The notes below the pieces were generated by a model that was not told the origin of the DNA, did not search any database, and saw nothing but the letters and a program-made list of their open reading frames with translations. This document shows positions 13,692-28,600 of a DNA stretch of 64,000 nucleotides, piece by piece. The stretch is from Antedon mediterranea. Taxonomy: Eukaryota; Animalia; Echinodermata. The stretch spans positions 14,170,912 through 14,234,911 of the forward strand of contig NC_092675.1 in NCBI RefSeq assembly GCF_964355755.1. Direction: 5' to 3'. Position 1 is the stretch's first letter; each line of letters begins with the position of its first letter. The position numbers were made by a program, and so were the translations under genes.

Positions 13692-16600
13692 TTAATATCC
13701 TATTTAAAAACGTTTTAGACCATTTTGAGCATTTCGACAAAACTTTTTCACACAAAACACCAAAGTGCTTAGAATAGCTTCAAATCGCATTTGGAGACGT
13801 TTTAGACCATTTTGTGATTTTCGAAAAAACTTGTTAACATAAAAACATCAAAGTGTACAGAATAACTTCAAATCGCATTTGGAGACCGTTTTAGGCCAAT
13901 TTGTGATTTTCGAAAAAACTTGTTAACCTAAAAATACCAAAGTGTTTAGAATAGCTTCAAATCGCATTTGGAGACGTTTTAGACCATTTTGTGATTTTCG
14001 AAAAAAACTTGTTAACATAAAAACACCAAAGTGCTTCAAATCGCATTTGGAGACATTTTAGACAAATTTGTGATTTTTGAAAAAACTTGTTAACATAAAA
14101 ACACCAAAGTGCTTACAATAGCTTCAAATCGTATTTGGAGACGTTTTAGACCGTATTTAAAAACGTTTTAGACCATTTTGAGCATTTAGACAAAACTTTT
14201 TCACACAAAACACCAAAGTGCTTAGAATAGCTTAAAATCGCATTTGGAGACGTTTTAGACCATTTTGTGATTTTTGAAAAAACTTGTTAACATAAAAACA
14301 CCAAAGTGCTTAGAATAGCTTCAAATCACATTTGGAGACGTTTTAGACCATTTTGTGATTTTCGAAAAAACTTGTTAACATAAAAACACGAAAGTGCTTA
14401 GAATAGCTTCAAATTGCATTTGGAAACGTTTTAGACCATTTTGTGATTTTTGAAAAAACTTGTTAACATAAAAACACGAAAGTGCTTAGAATAGCTTCAA
14501 ATCGCATTTGGAAACGTTTTAGACCATTTTGTGATTTTCGAAAAAGATTGTTAACATAAAACACCAATGTGCTTAGAATCACATTATAAACCGTTTTAGA
14601 CCATTTTGAGCATTTCGATAACAATTTTCACACAAAAACATCAAAGAGCACAAAATAGCTTAATATCGTATTTATAAATGTTTTAGACCATTTTGAGCAT
14701 TTCGACAAAACTTTTTCACACAAAACACCAAAGTGCTTAGAATAGCTTCAAATCGCATTTGGAGACGTTTTAGACCATTTTGTGATTTCGATGAAACTTG
14801 ATTACACAAAAACATCAAAGTGCTTAAAATCACATTATAAACCGTTTTAGACCATTTTGAGCATTTTGATAACACTTTTCACACAAAAACATCAAAGAGC
14901 ACAAAATAGCTTAATATCGTATTTAAAAACGTTTTAGACCATTTTGAGCATTTAGACAAAACTTTTTCACACAAAACACCAAAGTGCTTAGAATAGCTTC
15001 AAATCGCATTTGGAGACGTTTTAGACCATTTTGTGTTTTTCGAAAAAAACTGTTAACATAAAAACACCAAAGTGCTTAGAATAGCTTCAAATCGCATTTG
15101 GAGACGTTTTAGAACATTTTGTGTTCTTCGAAAAAACCTGTTAACATAAAAACACCAAAGTGCTTAGAATAGCTTCAAATCGCATTTGGAGACGTTTTAG
15201 ACCATTTTGTGATTTTTGAAAAAACTTGTTAACATAAAAACACCAAAGTGCTTAGAATAGCTTCAAATCACATTTGGAGACGTTTTAGACCATTTTGTGA
15301 TTTTCGAAAAAACTTGTTAACATAAAAACACCAAAGTGCTTAGAATAGCGTCAAATCGTATTTGGAGACGTTTTAGACCATTTTGTGATTTTCGAAAAAA
15401 CTTGTTAACATAAAAACACCAAAGTGCTTAGAATAGCTTCAAATCGCATTTGGAGACGGTTTAGACCATTTTGTGATTTTGAAAAAACTTGTTAACATAA
15501 AAACACCAAAGTGCTTAGAATAGCTTCAAATCGTATTTGGAGACGTTTTAGACCATTTTGAGATTTTCGAAAAAACTTGGTTACACAAAAACATCAAAGT
15601 GCTTAAAATCACATTATAAACCGTTTTAGACCATTTTGAGCATTTCGATAACACTTTTCACACAAAAACATCAAAGAGCACAAAATAGCTTAATATCGTA
15701 TTTAAAAACGTTTTAGACCATTTTGAGCATTTCGACAAAACTTTTTCACACAAAACACGAAAGTGCTTAGAATAGCTTCAAATCGCATTTGGAGACGTTT
15801 TAGACCATTTTGTGCATTTCGATGAAACTTGATTACACAAAAACATCAAAGTGCTTAAAATCACATCATAAACCGTTTTAGACCATTTTGAGCATTTCGA
15901 TAACACTTTTCACACAAAAACATCAAAGAGCACAAAATAGCTTAATATCGTTTTTAAAAACGTTTTAGACCATTTTGAGCATTTCGACAAAACTTTTTCA
16001 CACAAAACACCAAAGTGCTTAGAATAGCTTCAAATCGCATTTGGAGACGTTTTAGACCAATTTGTGCATTTCGATGAAACTTGATTACACAAAAACATCA
16101 AAGTGCTTAAAATCACATTATAAACCGTTTTAGACCATTTTGAGCATTTCGATAACACTTTTCACACAAAAACATCAAAGAGCACAAAATAGCTTAATAT
16201 CGTATTTAAAAACGTTTTAGACCATTTTGAGCATTTAGACAAAACTTGTTCACACAAAACACCAAAGTGCTTAGAATAGCTTCAAATCGCATTTGGAGAC
16301 GTTTTAGACCATTTTGTGATTTTTGAAAAAACTTGTTAACATAAAAACACCAAAGTGCTTAGACCATTTTGTGATTCAAATCACATTTGGAGACGTTTTA
16401 GACCATTTTGTGATTTTCGAAAAAACTTGTTAACATAAAAACACGAAAGTGCTTAGAATAGCTTCAAATCGCATTTGGAAACGTTTTAGACCATTTTGTG
16501 ATTTTCGAAAAAACTTGTTAACATAAAAACACGAAAGTGCTTAGAATCACATTATAAACCGTTTTAGACCATTTTGAGCATTTCGATAACAATTTTCACA

Positions 16601-19600
16601 CAAAAACATCAAAGAGCACAAAATAGCTTAATATCGTATTTAAAAATGTTTTAGATCATTTTGAGCATTTAGATAAAACTTTTTCACACAAAACACCAAA
16701 GTGCTTAGAATAGCTTCAAATCGCATTTGGAGACGTTTTAGACCATTTTGGGATTTTTGAAAAAACTTGTTAACATAAAAACACCAAAGTGCTTAGAATA
16801 GCTTCAAATCACATTTGGAGATGTTTTAGACCATTTTGTGATTTTTGAAAAAACTTGTTAACATAAAAACACGAAAGTGCTTAGAATAGCTTCAAATCAC
16901 ATTTGGAGACGTTTTAGACCATTTTGTGATTTTTGAAAAAACTTGTTAACATAAAAACACGAAAGTGCTTAGAATAGCTTCAAATCGCATTTGGAAACGT
17001 TTTAGACCATTTTGTGATTTTCGAAAAAGATTGTTAACATAAAAACACCAATGTGCTTAGAATCACATTATAAACCGTTTTAGACCATTTTGAGCATTTC
17101 GATAACAATTTTCACACAAAAACATCAAAGAGCACAAAATAGCTTAATATCGTATTTATAAATGTTTTAGACCATTTTGAGCATTTCGACAAAACTTTTT
17201 CACACAAAACACCAAAGTGCTTAGAATAGCTTCAAATCGCATTTGGAGACGTTTTAGACCATAAAAACACCAAAGTGCTTAGAATAGCTTCAAATCGTAT
17301 TTGGAGACGTTTTAGACCATTTTGAGATTTTCGAAAAAACTAGGTTACACAAAAACATCAAAGTGCTTAAAATCACATTATAAACCGTTTTAGACCATTT
17401 TGAACATTTCGATAACACTTTTCACACAAAAACATCAAAGAGCACAAAATAGCTTAATATCGTATTTAAAAACGTTTTAGACCATTTTGAGCATTTCGAC
17501 AAAACTTTTTCACACAAAACACCAAAGTGCTTAGAATAGCTTCAAATCGCATTTGGAGACGTTTTAGACCAATTTGTGCATTTCGATGAAACTTGATTAC
17601 ACAAAAACATCAACGTGCTTAAAATCACATTATAAACCGTTTTAGACCATTTTGAGCATTTCGATAACACTTTTCACACAAAAACATCAAAGAGCACAAA
17701 ATAGCTTAATATCGTATTTAAAAACGTTTTAGACCATTTTGAGCATTTAGACAAAACTTTTTCACACAAAACACCAAAGTGCTTAGAATAGCTTCAAATC
17801 GCATTTGGAGACGTTTTAGACCATTTTGTGCATTTCGATGAAACTTTTTCACACAAAATACCAAAGTGCTTAGAATAGCTTCAAATCGCATTTGGAGACG
17901 TTTTAGACCATTTTGTGATTTTCGAAAAAACTTTTTAACATAAAAACACCAAAGTGCTTAGAATAGCTTCAAATCCCATTTGGAGACGTTTTAGACCATA
18001 AGTGCTTAGAATCACATTATAAACCGTTTTAGACCATTTTGAGCATTTCGATAACAATTTTCACACAAAAACATCAAAGAGCACAAAACAGCTTAATATC
18101 GTATTTAAAAATGTTTTAGACCATTTTGAGCATTTAGATAAAACTTTTTCACACAAAACACCAAAGTGCTTAGAATAGCTTCAAATCGCATTTGGAGACG
18201 TTTTAGACCAATTTGTGATTTTTGAAAAAACTTGTTAACATAAAAACACCAAAGTGCTTAGAATAGCTTCAAATCTCATTTGGAGACGTTTTAGACCATT
18301 TTGTGATTTTGAACATACTTGTTAACATAAAAACACCAAAGTGCTTAGAATAGCTTCAAATCGCATTTGGAGACTATTTAGACCATTTTGTGATTTTTGA
18401 AAAAACTTGTTAAACATAAAAACACCAAAGTGTTTAGAATAGCTTCAAATCGCATTTGGAGACGTTTTAGACCAATTTGTGATTTTCGAAAAAACTTATC
18501 AACATAAAAACACCAAAGGGTTTAGAATAGCTTCAAATCGCATTTGGAGACGTTTTAGACCATTTTGTGATTTTCGAAAAAACTTGTTAACATAAAAACA
18601 CGAAAGTGCTTAGAATAGCTTCAAATCGCATTTGGAAACGTTTGATTCCATTTAGTGATTTTCGAAAAAAATTGTTAACATAAAAACACCAAAGTGCTTA
18701 GAATCACATTATAAACCGTTTTAGACCATTTTGAGCATTTCGATAACAATTTTCACACAAAAACATCAAAGAGCAAAAAATAGCTTAATATCGTATTTAA
18801 AAATGTTTTAGACCATTTTGAGCATTTAGATAAAACTTTTTCACACAAAACACCAAAGTGCTTAGAATAGCTTCAAATCGCATTTGGAGACGTTTTAGAC
18901 CATTTTGTGATTTTCGACAAAACTTTTTCACACAAAACACCAAAGTGCTTAGAATAGCTTCAAATCGCATTTGGAGACGTTTTAGACCAATTTGTGCATT
19001 TCGATGAAACTTGGTTACACAAAAACATCAAAGTGCTTAAAATCACATTATAAACCATTTTAGACCATTTTGAGCATTTCGATAACACTTTTCACACAAA
19101 AACATCAAAGAGCACAAAATAGCTTAATATCGTATTTAAAAACGTTTTAGACCATTTTGAGCATTTCGACAAAACTTTTTCACACAAAACACCAAAGTGC
19201 TTAGAATAGCTTCAAATCGCATTTGGAGACGTTTTAGACCATTTTGTGATTTTCGAAAAAACTTGTTAACATAAAAACATCAAAGTGTACAGAATAGCTT
19301 CAAATCGCATTTGGAGACGTTTTAGGCCAATTTGTGATTTTCGAAAAAACTTGTTAACCTAAAAATACCAAAGTGTTTCGAATAGCTTCAAATCGTATTT
19401 GGAGACGTTTTAGACCATTTTGTGATTTTCGAAAAAACTTGTTAACATAAAAACACCAAAGTGCTTAGAATAGCTTCAAATCGTATTTGGAGACGTTTTA
19501 TTCCATTTTGTGATTTTCGAAAAAACTTGTTAACATAAAAACACCAAAGTGCTTAAAATCACATTATAAACCGTTTTAGACCATTTTGAGCATTTCGATA

Positions 19601-22600
19601 ACAATTTTCACACAAAAACATCAAAGAGCAAAAAATAGCTTAATATCGTATTTAAAAATGTTTTAGACCATTTTGAGCATTTAGATAAAACTTTTTCACA
19701 CAAAACACCAAAGTGCTTAGAATAGCTTCAAATCGCATTTGGAGACGTTTTAGACCATTTTGTGATTTTTTGAAAAAACTTGTTAACATAAAAACACCAA
19801 AGTGCTCAGAATAGCTTCAAATCACATTTGGAGACGTTTTAGACCATTTTGTGATTTTCGAAAAAACTTGTTAACATAAAAACACGAAAGTGCTTAGAAT
19901 AGCTTCAACTCGCATTTGGAAACGTTTTAGACCATTTTGTGATTTTCGAAAAAACTTGTTAACATAAAAACACGAAAGTGCTTAGAATAGCTTCAAATCG
20001 CATTTGGAAACGTTTTAGACCATTTTGTGATTTTCGAAAAAAATTGTTAACATAAAAACACCAAAGTGCTTAGAATCACATTATAAACCGTTTTAGACCA
20101 TTTTGAGCATTTCGATAACAATTTTCACACAAAAACATCAAAGAGCACAAAATAGCTTAATATCGTATTTAAAAATGTTTTAGACCATTTTGAGCATTTA
20201 GATAAAACTTTTTCACACAAAACACCAAAGTGCTTAGAATAGCTTCAAATCGCATTTGGAGACGTTTTAGACCATTTTGTGATTTTTGAAAAAACTTGTA
20301 AACATAAAAACACCAAAGTGCTTAGAATAGCTTCAAATCACATTTGGAGACGTTTTAGACCATTTTGTGATTTTCGAAAAAACTTGTTAACATAAAAACA
20401 CGAAAGTGCTTAGAATAGCTTCAAATCGCATTTGGAAACGTTTTAGACCATTTTGTGATTTTCGAAAAAACTTGTTAACATAAAAACACGAAAGTGCTTA
20501 GAATAGCTTCAAATCGCATTTGGAAACGTTTTAGACCATTTTGTGATTTTCGAAAAAAATTGTTAACATAAAAACACCAAAGTGCTTAGAATCACATTAT
20601 AAACCGTTTTAGACCATTTTGAGCATTTCGATAACAATTTTCACACAAAAACATCAAAGAGCACAAAATAGCTTAATATCGTATTTAAAAATGTTTTAGA
20701 CCATTTTGAGCATTTAGATAAAACTTTTTCACACAAAACACCAAAGTGCTTAGAATAGCTTCAAATCGCATTTGGAGACGGTTTAGACCATTTTGTGATT
20801 TTGAAAAAACTTGTTAACATAAAAACACCAAAGTGCTTAGAATAGCTTCAAATCGCATTTGGAGACGTTTTAGACCATTTTGTGATTTTCGAAAAAACTT
20901 GTTAACATAAAAACACCAAAGTGCTTAGAATAGCTTCAAATCACATTTGGAGACGTTTTAGACCATTTTGTGATTTTCGAAAAAACTTGTTAACATAAAA
21001 ACACGAAAGTGCTTAGAATAGCTTCAAATCGTATTTGGAAACGTTTTAGACCATTTTGTGATTTTCGAAAAAACTTGTTAACATAAAAACACGAAAGTGC
21101 TTAGAATAGCTTCAAATCGCATTTGGAAACGTTTTAGACCATTTTGTGATTTTCGAAAAAAATTGTTAACATAAAAACACCAAAGTGCTTAGAATCACAT
21201 TATAAACCGTTTTAGACCATTTTGAGCATTTCGATAACAATTTTCACACAAAAACATCAAAGAGCACAAAATAGCTTAATATCGTATTTAAAAATGTTTT
21301 AGACCATTTTGAGCATTTAGATAAAACTTTTTCACACAAAACACCAAAGTGCTTAGAATAGCTTCAAATCGCATTTGGAGACGTTTTAGACCATTTTGTG
21401 ATTTTTGAAAAAACTTGTAAACATAAAAACACCAAAGTGCTTAGAATAGCTTCAAATCACATTTGGAGACGTTTTAGACCATTTTGTGATTTTCGAAAAA
21501 ACTTGTTAACATAAAAACACGAAAGTGCTTAGAATAGCTTCAAATCGCATTTGGAAACGTTTTAGACCATTTTGTGATTTTCGAAAAAACTTGTTAACAT
21601 AAAAACACGAAAGTGCTTAGAATAGCTTCAAATCGCATTTGGAAACGTTTTAGACCATTTTGTGATTTTCGAAAAAAATTGTTAACATAAAAACACCAAA
21701 GTGCTTAGAATCACATTATAAACCGTTTTAGACCATTTTGAGCATTTCGATAACAATTTTCACACAAAAACATCAAAGAGCACAAAATAGCTTAATATCG
21801 TATTTAAAAATGTTTTAGACCATTTTGAGCATTTAGATAAAACTTTTTCACACAAAACACCAAAGTGCTTAGAATAGCTTCAAATCGCATTTGGAGACGG
21901 TTTAGACCATTTTGTGATTTTGAAAAAACTTGTTAACATAAAAACACCAAAGTGCTTAGAATAGCTTCAAATCGCATTTGGAGACGTTTTAGACCATTTT
22001 GTGATTTTCGAAAAAACTTGTTAACATAAAAACACCAAAGTGCTTAGAATAGCTTCAAATCACATTTGGAGACGTTTTAAACCATTTTGTGATTTTTGAA
22101 AAAACTTGTTAACATAAAAACACGAAAGTGCTTAGAATAGCTTCAAATCACATTTGGAGACGTTTTAGACCATTTTGTGATTTTCGAAAAAGATTGTTAA
22201 CATAAAAACACCAAAGTGCTTAGAATCACATTATAAACCGTTTTAGACCATTTTGAGCATTTCAATAACAATTTTCACACAAAAACATCAAAGAGCACAA
22301 AATAGCTTAATATCGTATTTAAAAATGTTTTAGACCATTTTGAGCATTTAGATAAAACTTTTTCACACAAAACACCAAAGTGCTTAGAATAGCTTCAAAT
22401 CGAATTTGGAGACGGTTTAGACCATTGTGATTTTGAAAAAACTTGTTAACATAAAAACACCAAAGTGCTTAGAATAGCTTCAAATCACATTTGGAGACGT
22501 TTTAGACCATTTTGTGATTTTTGAAAAAACTTGTTAACATAAAAACACGAAAGTGCTTAGAATAGCTTCAAATCACATTTGGAGACGTTTTAGACCATTT

Positions 22601-25600
22601 TGTGATTTTCGAAAAAGATTGTTAACATAAAAACACCAAAGTGCTTAGAATCACATTATAAACCGTTTTAGACCATTTTGAGCATTTCAATAACAATTTT
22701 CAAACAAAAACATCAAAGAGCACAAAATAGCTTAATATCGTATTTAAAAATGTTTTAGACCATTTTGAGCATTTCGATAAAACTTTTTCACACAAAACAC
22801 CAAAGTGCTTAGAATAGCTTCAAATCGAATTTGGAGACGGTTTAGACCATTTTGTGATTTTGAAAAAACTTGTTAACATAAAAACACCAAAGTGCTTAGA
22901 ATAGCTTCAAATTGCATTTGGAGACGTTTTAGACCATTTTGTGATTTTCGAAAAAACTTGTTAACATAAAAACACCAAAATGCTTAGAATAGCTTAAAAT
23001 CGTATTTGGAAACGTTTTAGACCATTTTGAGATTTTCGAAAAAACTTGGTTACACAAAAACATCAAAGTGCTTAAAATCACATTATAAACCGTTTTAGAC
23101 CATTTTGAGCATTTCGATAACACTTTTCACACAAAAACATCAAAGAGCACAAAATAGCTTAATATCGTATTTAAAAACGTTTTAGACCATTTTGAGCATT
23201 TCGACAAAACTTTTTCACACAAAACACCAAAGTGCTTAGAATAGCTTCAAATCGCATTTGGAGACGTTTTAGACCAATTTGTGCATTTCGATGAAACTTG
23301 ATTACACAAAAACATCAAAGTGCTTAAAATCACATTATAAACCGTTTTAGACCATTTTGAGCATTTCGATAACACTTTTCACACAAAAACATCAAAGAGC
23401 ACAAAATAGCTTAATATCGTATTTAAAAACGTTTTAGACCATTTTGAGCATTTAGACAAAACTTTTTCACACAAAACTCCAAAGTGCTTAGAATAGCTTC
23501 AAATCGCATTTGGAGACGTTTTAGAACATTTTGTGATTTTCGAAAAAACTTGTTAACATAAAAACACCAAAGTGCTTAGAATAGCTTCAAATCGCATTTG
23601 GAGACTATTTAGACCATTTTGTGATTTTTGAAAAAACTTGTTAACATAAAAACACGAAAGTGCTTAGAATAGCTTCAAATCGCATTTGGAAACGTTTTAG
23701 ACCATTTTGTGATTTTCGAAAAAGATTGTTAACATAAAAACACCAATGTGCTTAGAATCACATTATACACCGTTTTAGACCATTTTGAGCATTTCGATAA
23801 CAATTTTCACACAAAAACATCAAAGAGCAAAAAATAGCTTAATATCGTATTTAAAAATGTTTTAGACCATTTTGAGCATTTAGATAAAACTTTTTCACAC
23901 AAAACACCAAAGTGCTTAGAATAGCTTCAAATCGCATTTGGAGACGTTTTAGACCATTTTGTGATTTTTGAAAAAACTTGTTAACATAAAAACACCAAAG
24001 TTCTTAGAATAGCTTCAAATCGCATTTGGAGACGTTTTAGACCATTTTGTGCATTTCGATGAAACTTGGTTACACAAAAACATCAAAGTGCTTAAAATCA
24101 CATTATAAATCGTTTTAGACCATTTTGAGCATTTAGATAAAACTTTTTCACACAAAACACCAAAGTGCTTAGAATAGCTTCAAATCGCATTTGGAGACGT
24201 TTTAGACCATTTTGTGATTTTTGAAAAAACTTGTTAACATAAAAACACCAAAGTGCTTAGAATAGCTTCAAATCGCATTTGGAGACGTTTTAGACCATTT
24301 TGTGATTTTCGAAAAAACTTTTTAACATAAAAACATCAAAGTGTACAGAATAGCTTAAAATCGCATTTGGAGACGTTTTAGGCCATTTTGTGATTTTCGA
24401 AAAAACTTTTTAACATAAAAACACCAAAGTGCTTAGAATAGCTTCAAATCGTATTTGGAGACGTTTTTGACCATTTTGAGATTTTCGAAAAAACTTGGTT
24501 ACACAAAAACATCAAAGTGCTTAAAATCACATTATAAACCGTTTTAGACCATTTTGAGCATTTCGATAACACTTTTCACACAAAAACATCAAAGAGCACA
24601 AAATAGCTTAATATCGTATTTAAAAACGTTTTAGACCATTTTGAGCATTTCGACAAAACTTTTTCACACAAAACACCAAAGTGCTTAGAATAGCTTCAAA
24701 TCGCATTTGGAGACGTTTTAGACCATTTTGTGATTTTCAAAAAAACTTGTTAACATAATAAAAACACCAAAGTGCTTAGAATAGCTTCAAATCGTATTTG
24801 GAGACGTTTTAGACCATTTTGTGATTTTCGAAAAAACTTGTTAACATAAAAACACCAAAGTGCTTAGAATAACTTCAAATCGCATTTGGAGACATTTTAG
24901 ACCAATTTGTGATTTTCGAAAAAAACTTGTCAACATAAAAAACACCAAAGTGTTTAGAATAGCTTCAAATCGCATTTGGAGACGTTTTAGACCAATTTGT
25001 GATTTTCGAAAAAACTTATCAACATAAAAACACCAAAGGGTTTAGAATAGCTTCAAATCGCATTTTGAGACGTTTTAGACCATTTTGTGATTTTCGAAAA
25101 AACTTGTTAACATAAAAACACGAAAGTGCTTAGAATAGCTTCAAATCGCATTTGGAAACGTTTTATTCCATTTTGTGATTTTCGAAAAAAATTGTTAACA
25201 TAAAAACACCAAAGTGCTTAGAATCACATTATAAACCGTTTTAGACCATTTTGAGCATTTCGATAACAATTTTCACACAAAAACATCAAAGAGCAAAAAA
25301 TAGCTTAATATCGTATTTAAAAATGTTTTAGACCATTTTGAGCATTTAGATAAAACTTTTTCACACAAAACACCAAAGTGCTTAGAATAGCTTCAAATCG
25401 CATTTGGAGACGTTTTAGACCATTTTGTGATTTTCGACAAAACTTTTTCACACAAAACACCAAAGTGCTTAGAATAGCTTCAAATCGCATTTGGAGACGT
25501 TTTAGACCAATTTGTGCATTTCGATGAAACTTGGTTACACAAAAACATCAAAGTGCTTAAAATCACATTATAAATCGTTTTAGACCATTTTGAGCATTTC

Positions 25601-28600
25601 GATAACACTTTTCACACAAAAACATCAAAGAGCACAAAATAGCTTAATATCTTATTTAAAAACGTTTTAGACCATTTTGAGCATTTAGACAAAACTTTTT
25701 CACACAAAACACCAAAGTGCCTAGAATAGCTTCAAATCGCATTTGGAGACGTTTTAGACCATTTTGTGATTTTCAAAAAAACTTGTTAACATAAAAACAC
25801 CAAAGTGCTTAGAATAGCTTCAAATTGCATTTGGAGACATTTTAGACCAATTTGTGATTTTCGAAAAAAACTTGTCAACATAAAAACACCAAAGTGTTTA
25901 GAATAGCTTCAAATCGCATTTGGAGACGTTTTAGACCAATTTGTGATTTTCGAAAAAACTTATCAACATAAAAACACCAAAGGGTTTAGAATAGCTTCAA
26001 ATCGCATTTTGAGACGTTTTAGACCATTTTGTGATTTTCGAAAAAACTTGTTAACATAAAAACACCAAAGTGCTTAGAATAGCTTCAAATCGCATTTGGA
26101 GACGTTTTAGACCATTTTGTGATTTTCGAAAAAACTTGTTGACATAAAAACACCAAAGTGCTTAGAATAGCTTCAAATCACATTTGGAGACGTTTTAGAC
26201 CATTTTGTGATTTTTGAAAAAACTTGTTAACATAAAAACACGAAAGTGCTTAGAATAGCTTCAAATCGCATTTGGGTACGTTTTAGACCATTTTGTGATT
26301 TTCGAAAAAGATTGTTAACATAAAAACACCAAAGTGCTTAGAATCACATTATAAACCGTTTTAGACCATTTTGTGATTTTCGAAAAAACCTTTTAACATA
26401 AAAACACCAAAGTGCTTAGAATAGCTTCAAATCACATTTGGAGACGTTTTAGACCATTTTGTGATTTTCGAAAAAACTTGTTAACATAAAAACACGAAAG
26501 TGCTTAGAATAGCTTCAAATCGCATTTGGAAACGTTTTAGACCATTTTGTGATTTTCGAAAAAAATTGTTAACATAAAAACACCAAAGTGCTTAGAATCA
26601 CATTATAAACCGTTTTAGACCATTTTGAGCATTTCGATAACAATTTTCACACAAAAACATCAAAGAGCACAAAATAGCTTAATATCGTATTTAAAAATGT
26701 TTTAGACCATTTTGAGCATTTAGATAAAACTTTTTCACACAAAACACCAAAGTGCTTAGAATAGCTTCAAATCGCATTTGGAGACGTTTTAGACCATTTT
26801 GTGATTTTTGAAAAAAACTTGTTAACATAAAAACAGCAAAGTGCTTAGAATAGCTTCATATCACATTTGGAGACGTTTTAGACCATTTTGTGATTTTCGA
26901 AAAAACTTTTTAACATAAAAACATCAAAGTGTACAGAATAGCTTCAAATCGCATTTGGAGACGTTTTAGACCAATTTGTGATTTTCGAAAAAACTTTTTA
27001 ACATAAAAACATCAAAGTGTACAGAATAGCTTCAAATCGCATTTGGAGACGTTTTAGACCAATTTGTGATTTTTGAAAAAACTTATTAACATAAAAATAC
27101 CAAAGTGTTTAGAATAGCTTAAAATCGCATTTGGAGACGTTTTAGACCATTTTGTGATTTTCGAAAAAACTTGTTAACATAAAAACACCAAAGTGCTTAG
27201 AATAGCTTCAAATTGCATTTGGAGACGTTTTAGACCATTTTGTGATTTTTGAAAAAACTTGTTAACATAAAAACACCAAAGTGCTTAGAATAGCTTCAAA
27301 TCGTATTTGGAGACGTTTTAGACCATTTTGTGATTTTCGAAAAAACTTGTTAACATAAAAACACCAAAGTGCTTAGAATTGCTTCAAATCGCATTTGGAG
27401 ACGTTTTAGACCATTTTGTGCATTTCGATGAAACTTGGTTACACAAAAATATCAAAGTGCTTAAAATCACATTATAAACCATTTTAGACCATTTTGAGCA
27501 TTTCGATAACACTTTTCACACAAAAACATCAAAGAGCACAAAATAGCTTAATATCGTATTTAAAAACGTTTTAGACCATTTTGAGCATTTCGACAAAACT
27601 TTTTCACACAAAACACCAAAGTGCTTAGAATGGCTTCAAATCGCATTTGGAGACGTTTTAGACCATTTTGTGATTTTCGAAAAAACTTGTTAACATAAAA
27701 ACATCAAAGTGTACAGAATAACTTCAAATCGCATTTGGAGACCGTTTTAGGCCAATTTGTGATTTTCGAAAAAACTTGTTAACCTAAAAATACCAAAGTG
27801 TTTAGAATAGCTTCAAATCGCATTTGGAGACGTTTTAGACCATTTTGTGATTTTCGAAAAAACTTGTTAACATAAAAACACCAAAGTGCTTAGAATAGCT
27901 TCAAATCGCATTTGGAGACATTTTAGACGAATTTGTGATTTTTGAAAAAACTTGTTAACATAAAAACACCAAAGTGCTTACAATAGCTTCAAATCGTATT
28001 TGGATACGTTTTAGACCATTTTGTGATTTTCGAAAAAACTTGTTAACATAAAAACACCAAAGTACTTAGAATAGCTTCAAATCGCATTTGGAGACGTTTT
28101 AGACCATTTTGTGCATTTCGATGAAACTTGGTTACACAAAAACATCAAAGTGCTTAAAATCACATTATAAACCGTTTTAGACCATTTGAGCATTTCGATA
28201 ACACTTTTCACACAAAAACATCAAAGAGCACAAAATAGCTTAATATCGTATTTAAAAACGTTTTAGACCATTTTGAGCATTTCGACAAAACTTTTTCACA
28301 CAAAACACCAAAGTGCTTAGAATAGCTTCAAATCGCATTTGGAGACGTTTTAGACCAATTTGTGCATTTCAATGAAACTTGGTTACACAAAAACATCAAA
28401 GTGCTTAAAATCACATTATAAATCGTTTTAGACCATTTTGAGCATTTTGATAACACTTTTCACACAAAAACATCAAAGAGCACAAAATAGCTTAATATCG
28501 TATTTAAAAACGTTTTAGACCATTTTGAGCATTTCGACAAAACTTGTTAACATAAAAACACCAAAGTGCTTAGAATAGCGTCAAATCGTATTTGGAGACG

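Noticed and set aside
13314-13777. ORFs of 119, 75 and 73 aa in the piggyBac-type element
   Set aside because: They are overlapping, I/F/K/N-rich products of AT-rich DNA, and one runs through the TIR into satellite. There are no transposase motifs, and they are far shorter than a piggyBac transposase.
14672-23123. Minus-strand ORFs of 67 and 64 aa (MLSKCSKWSK...)
   Set aside because: These are chance translations of satellite monomers opened by point variants.
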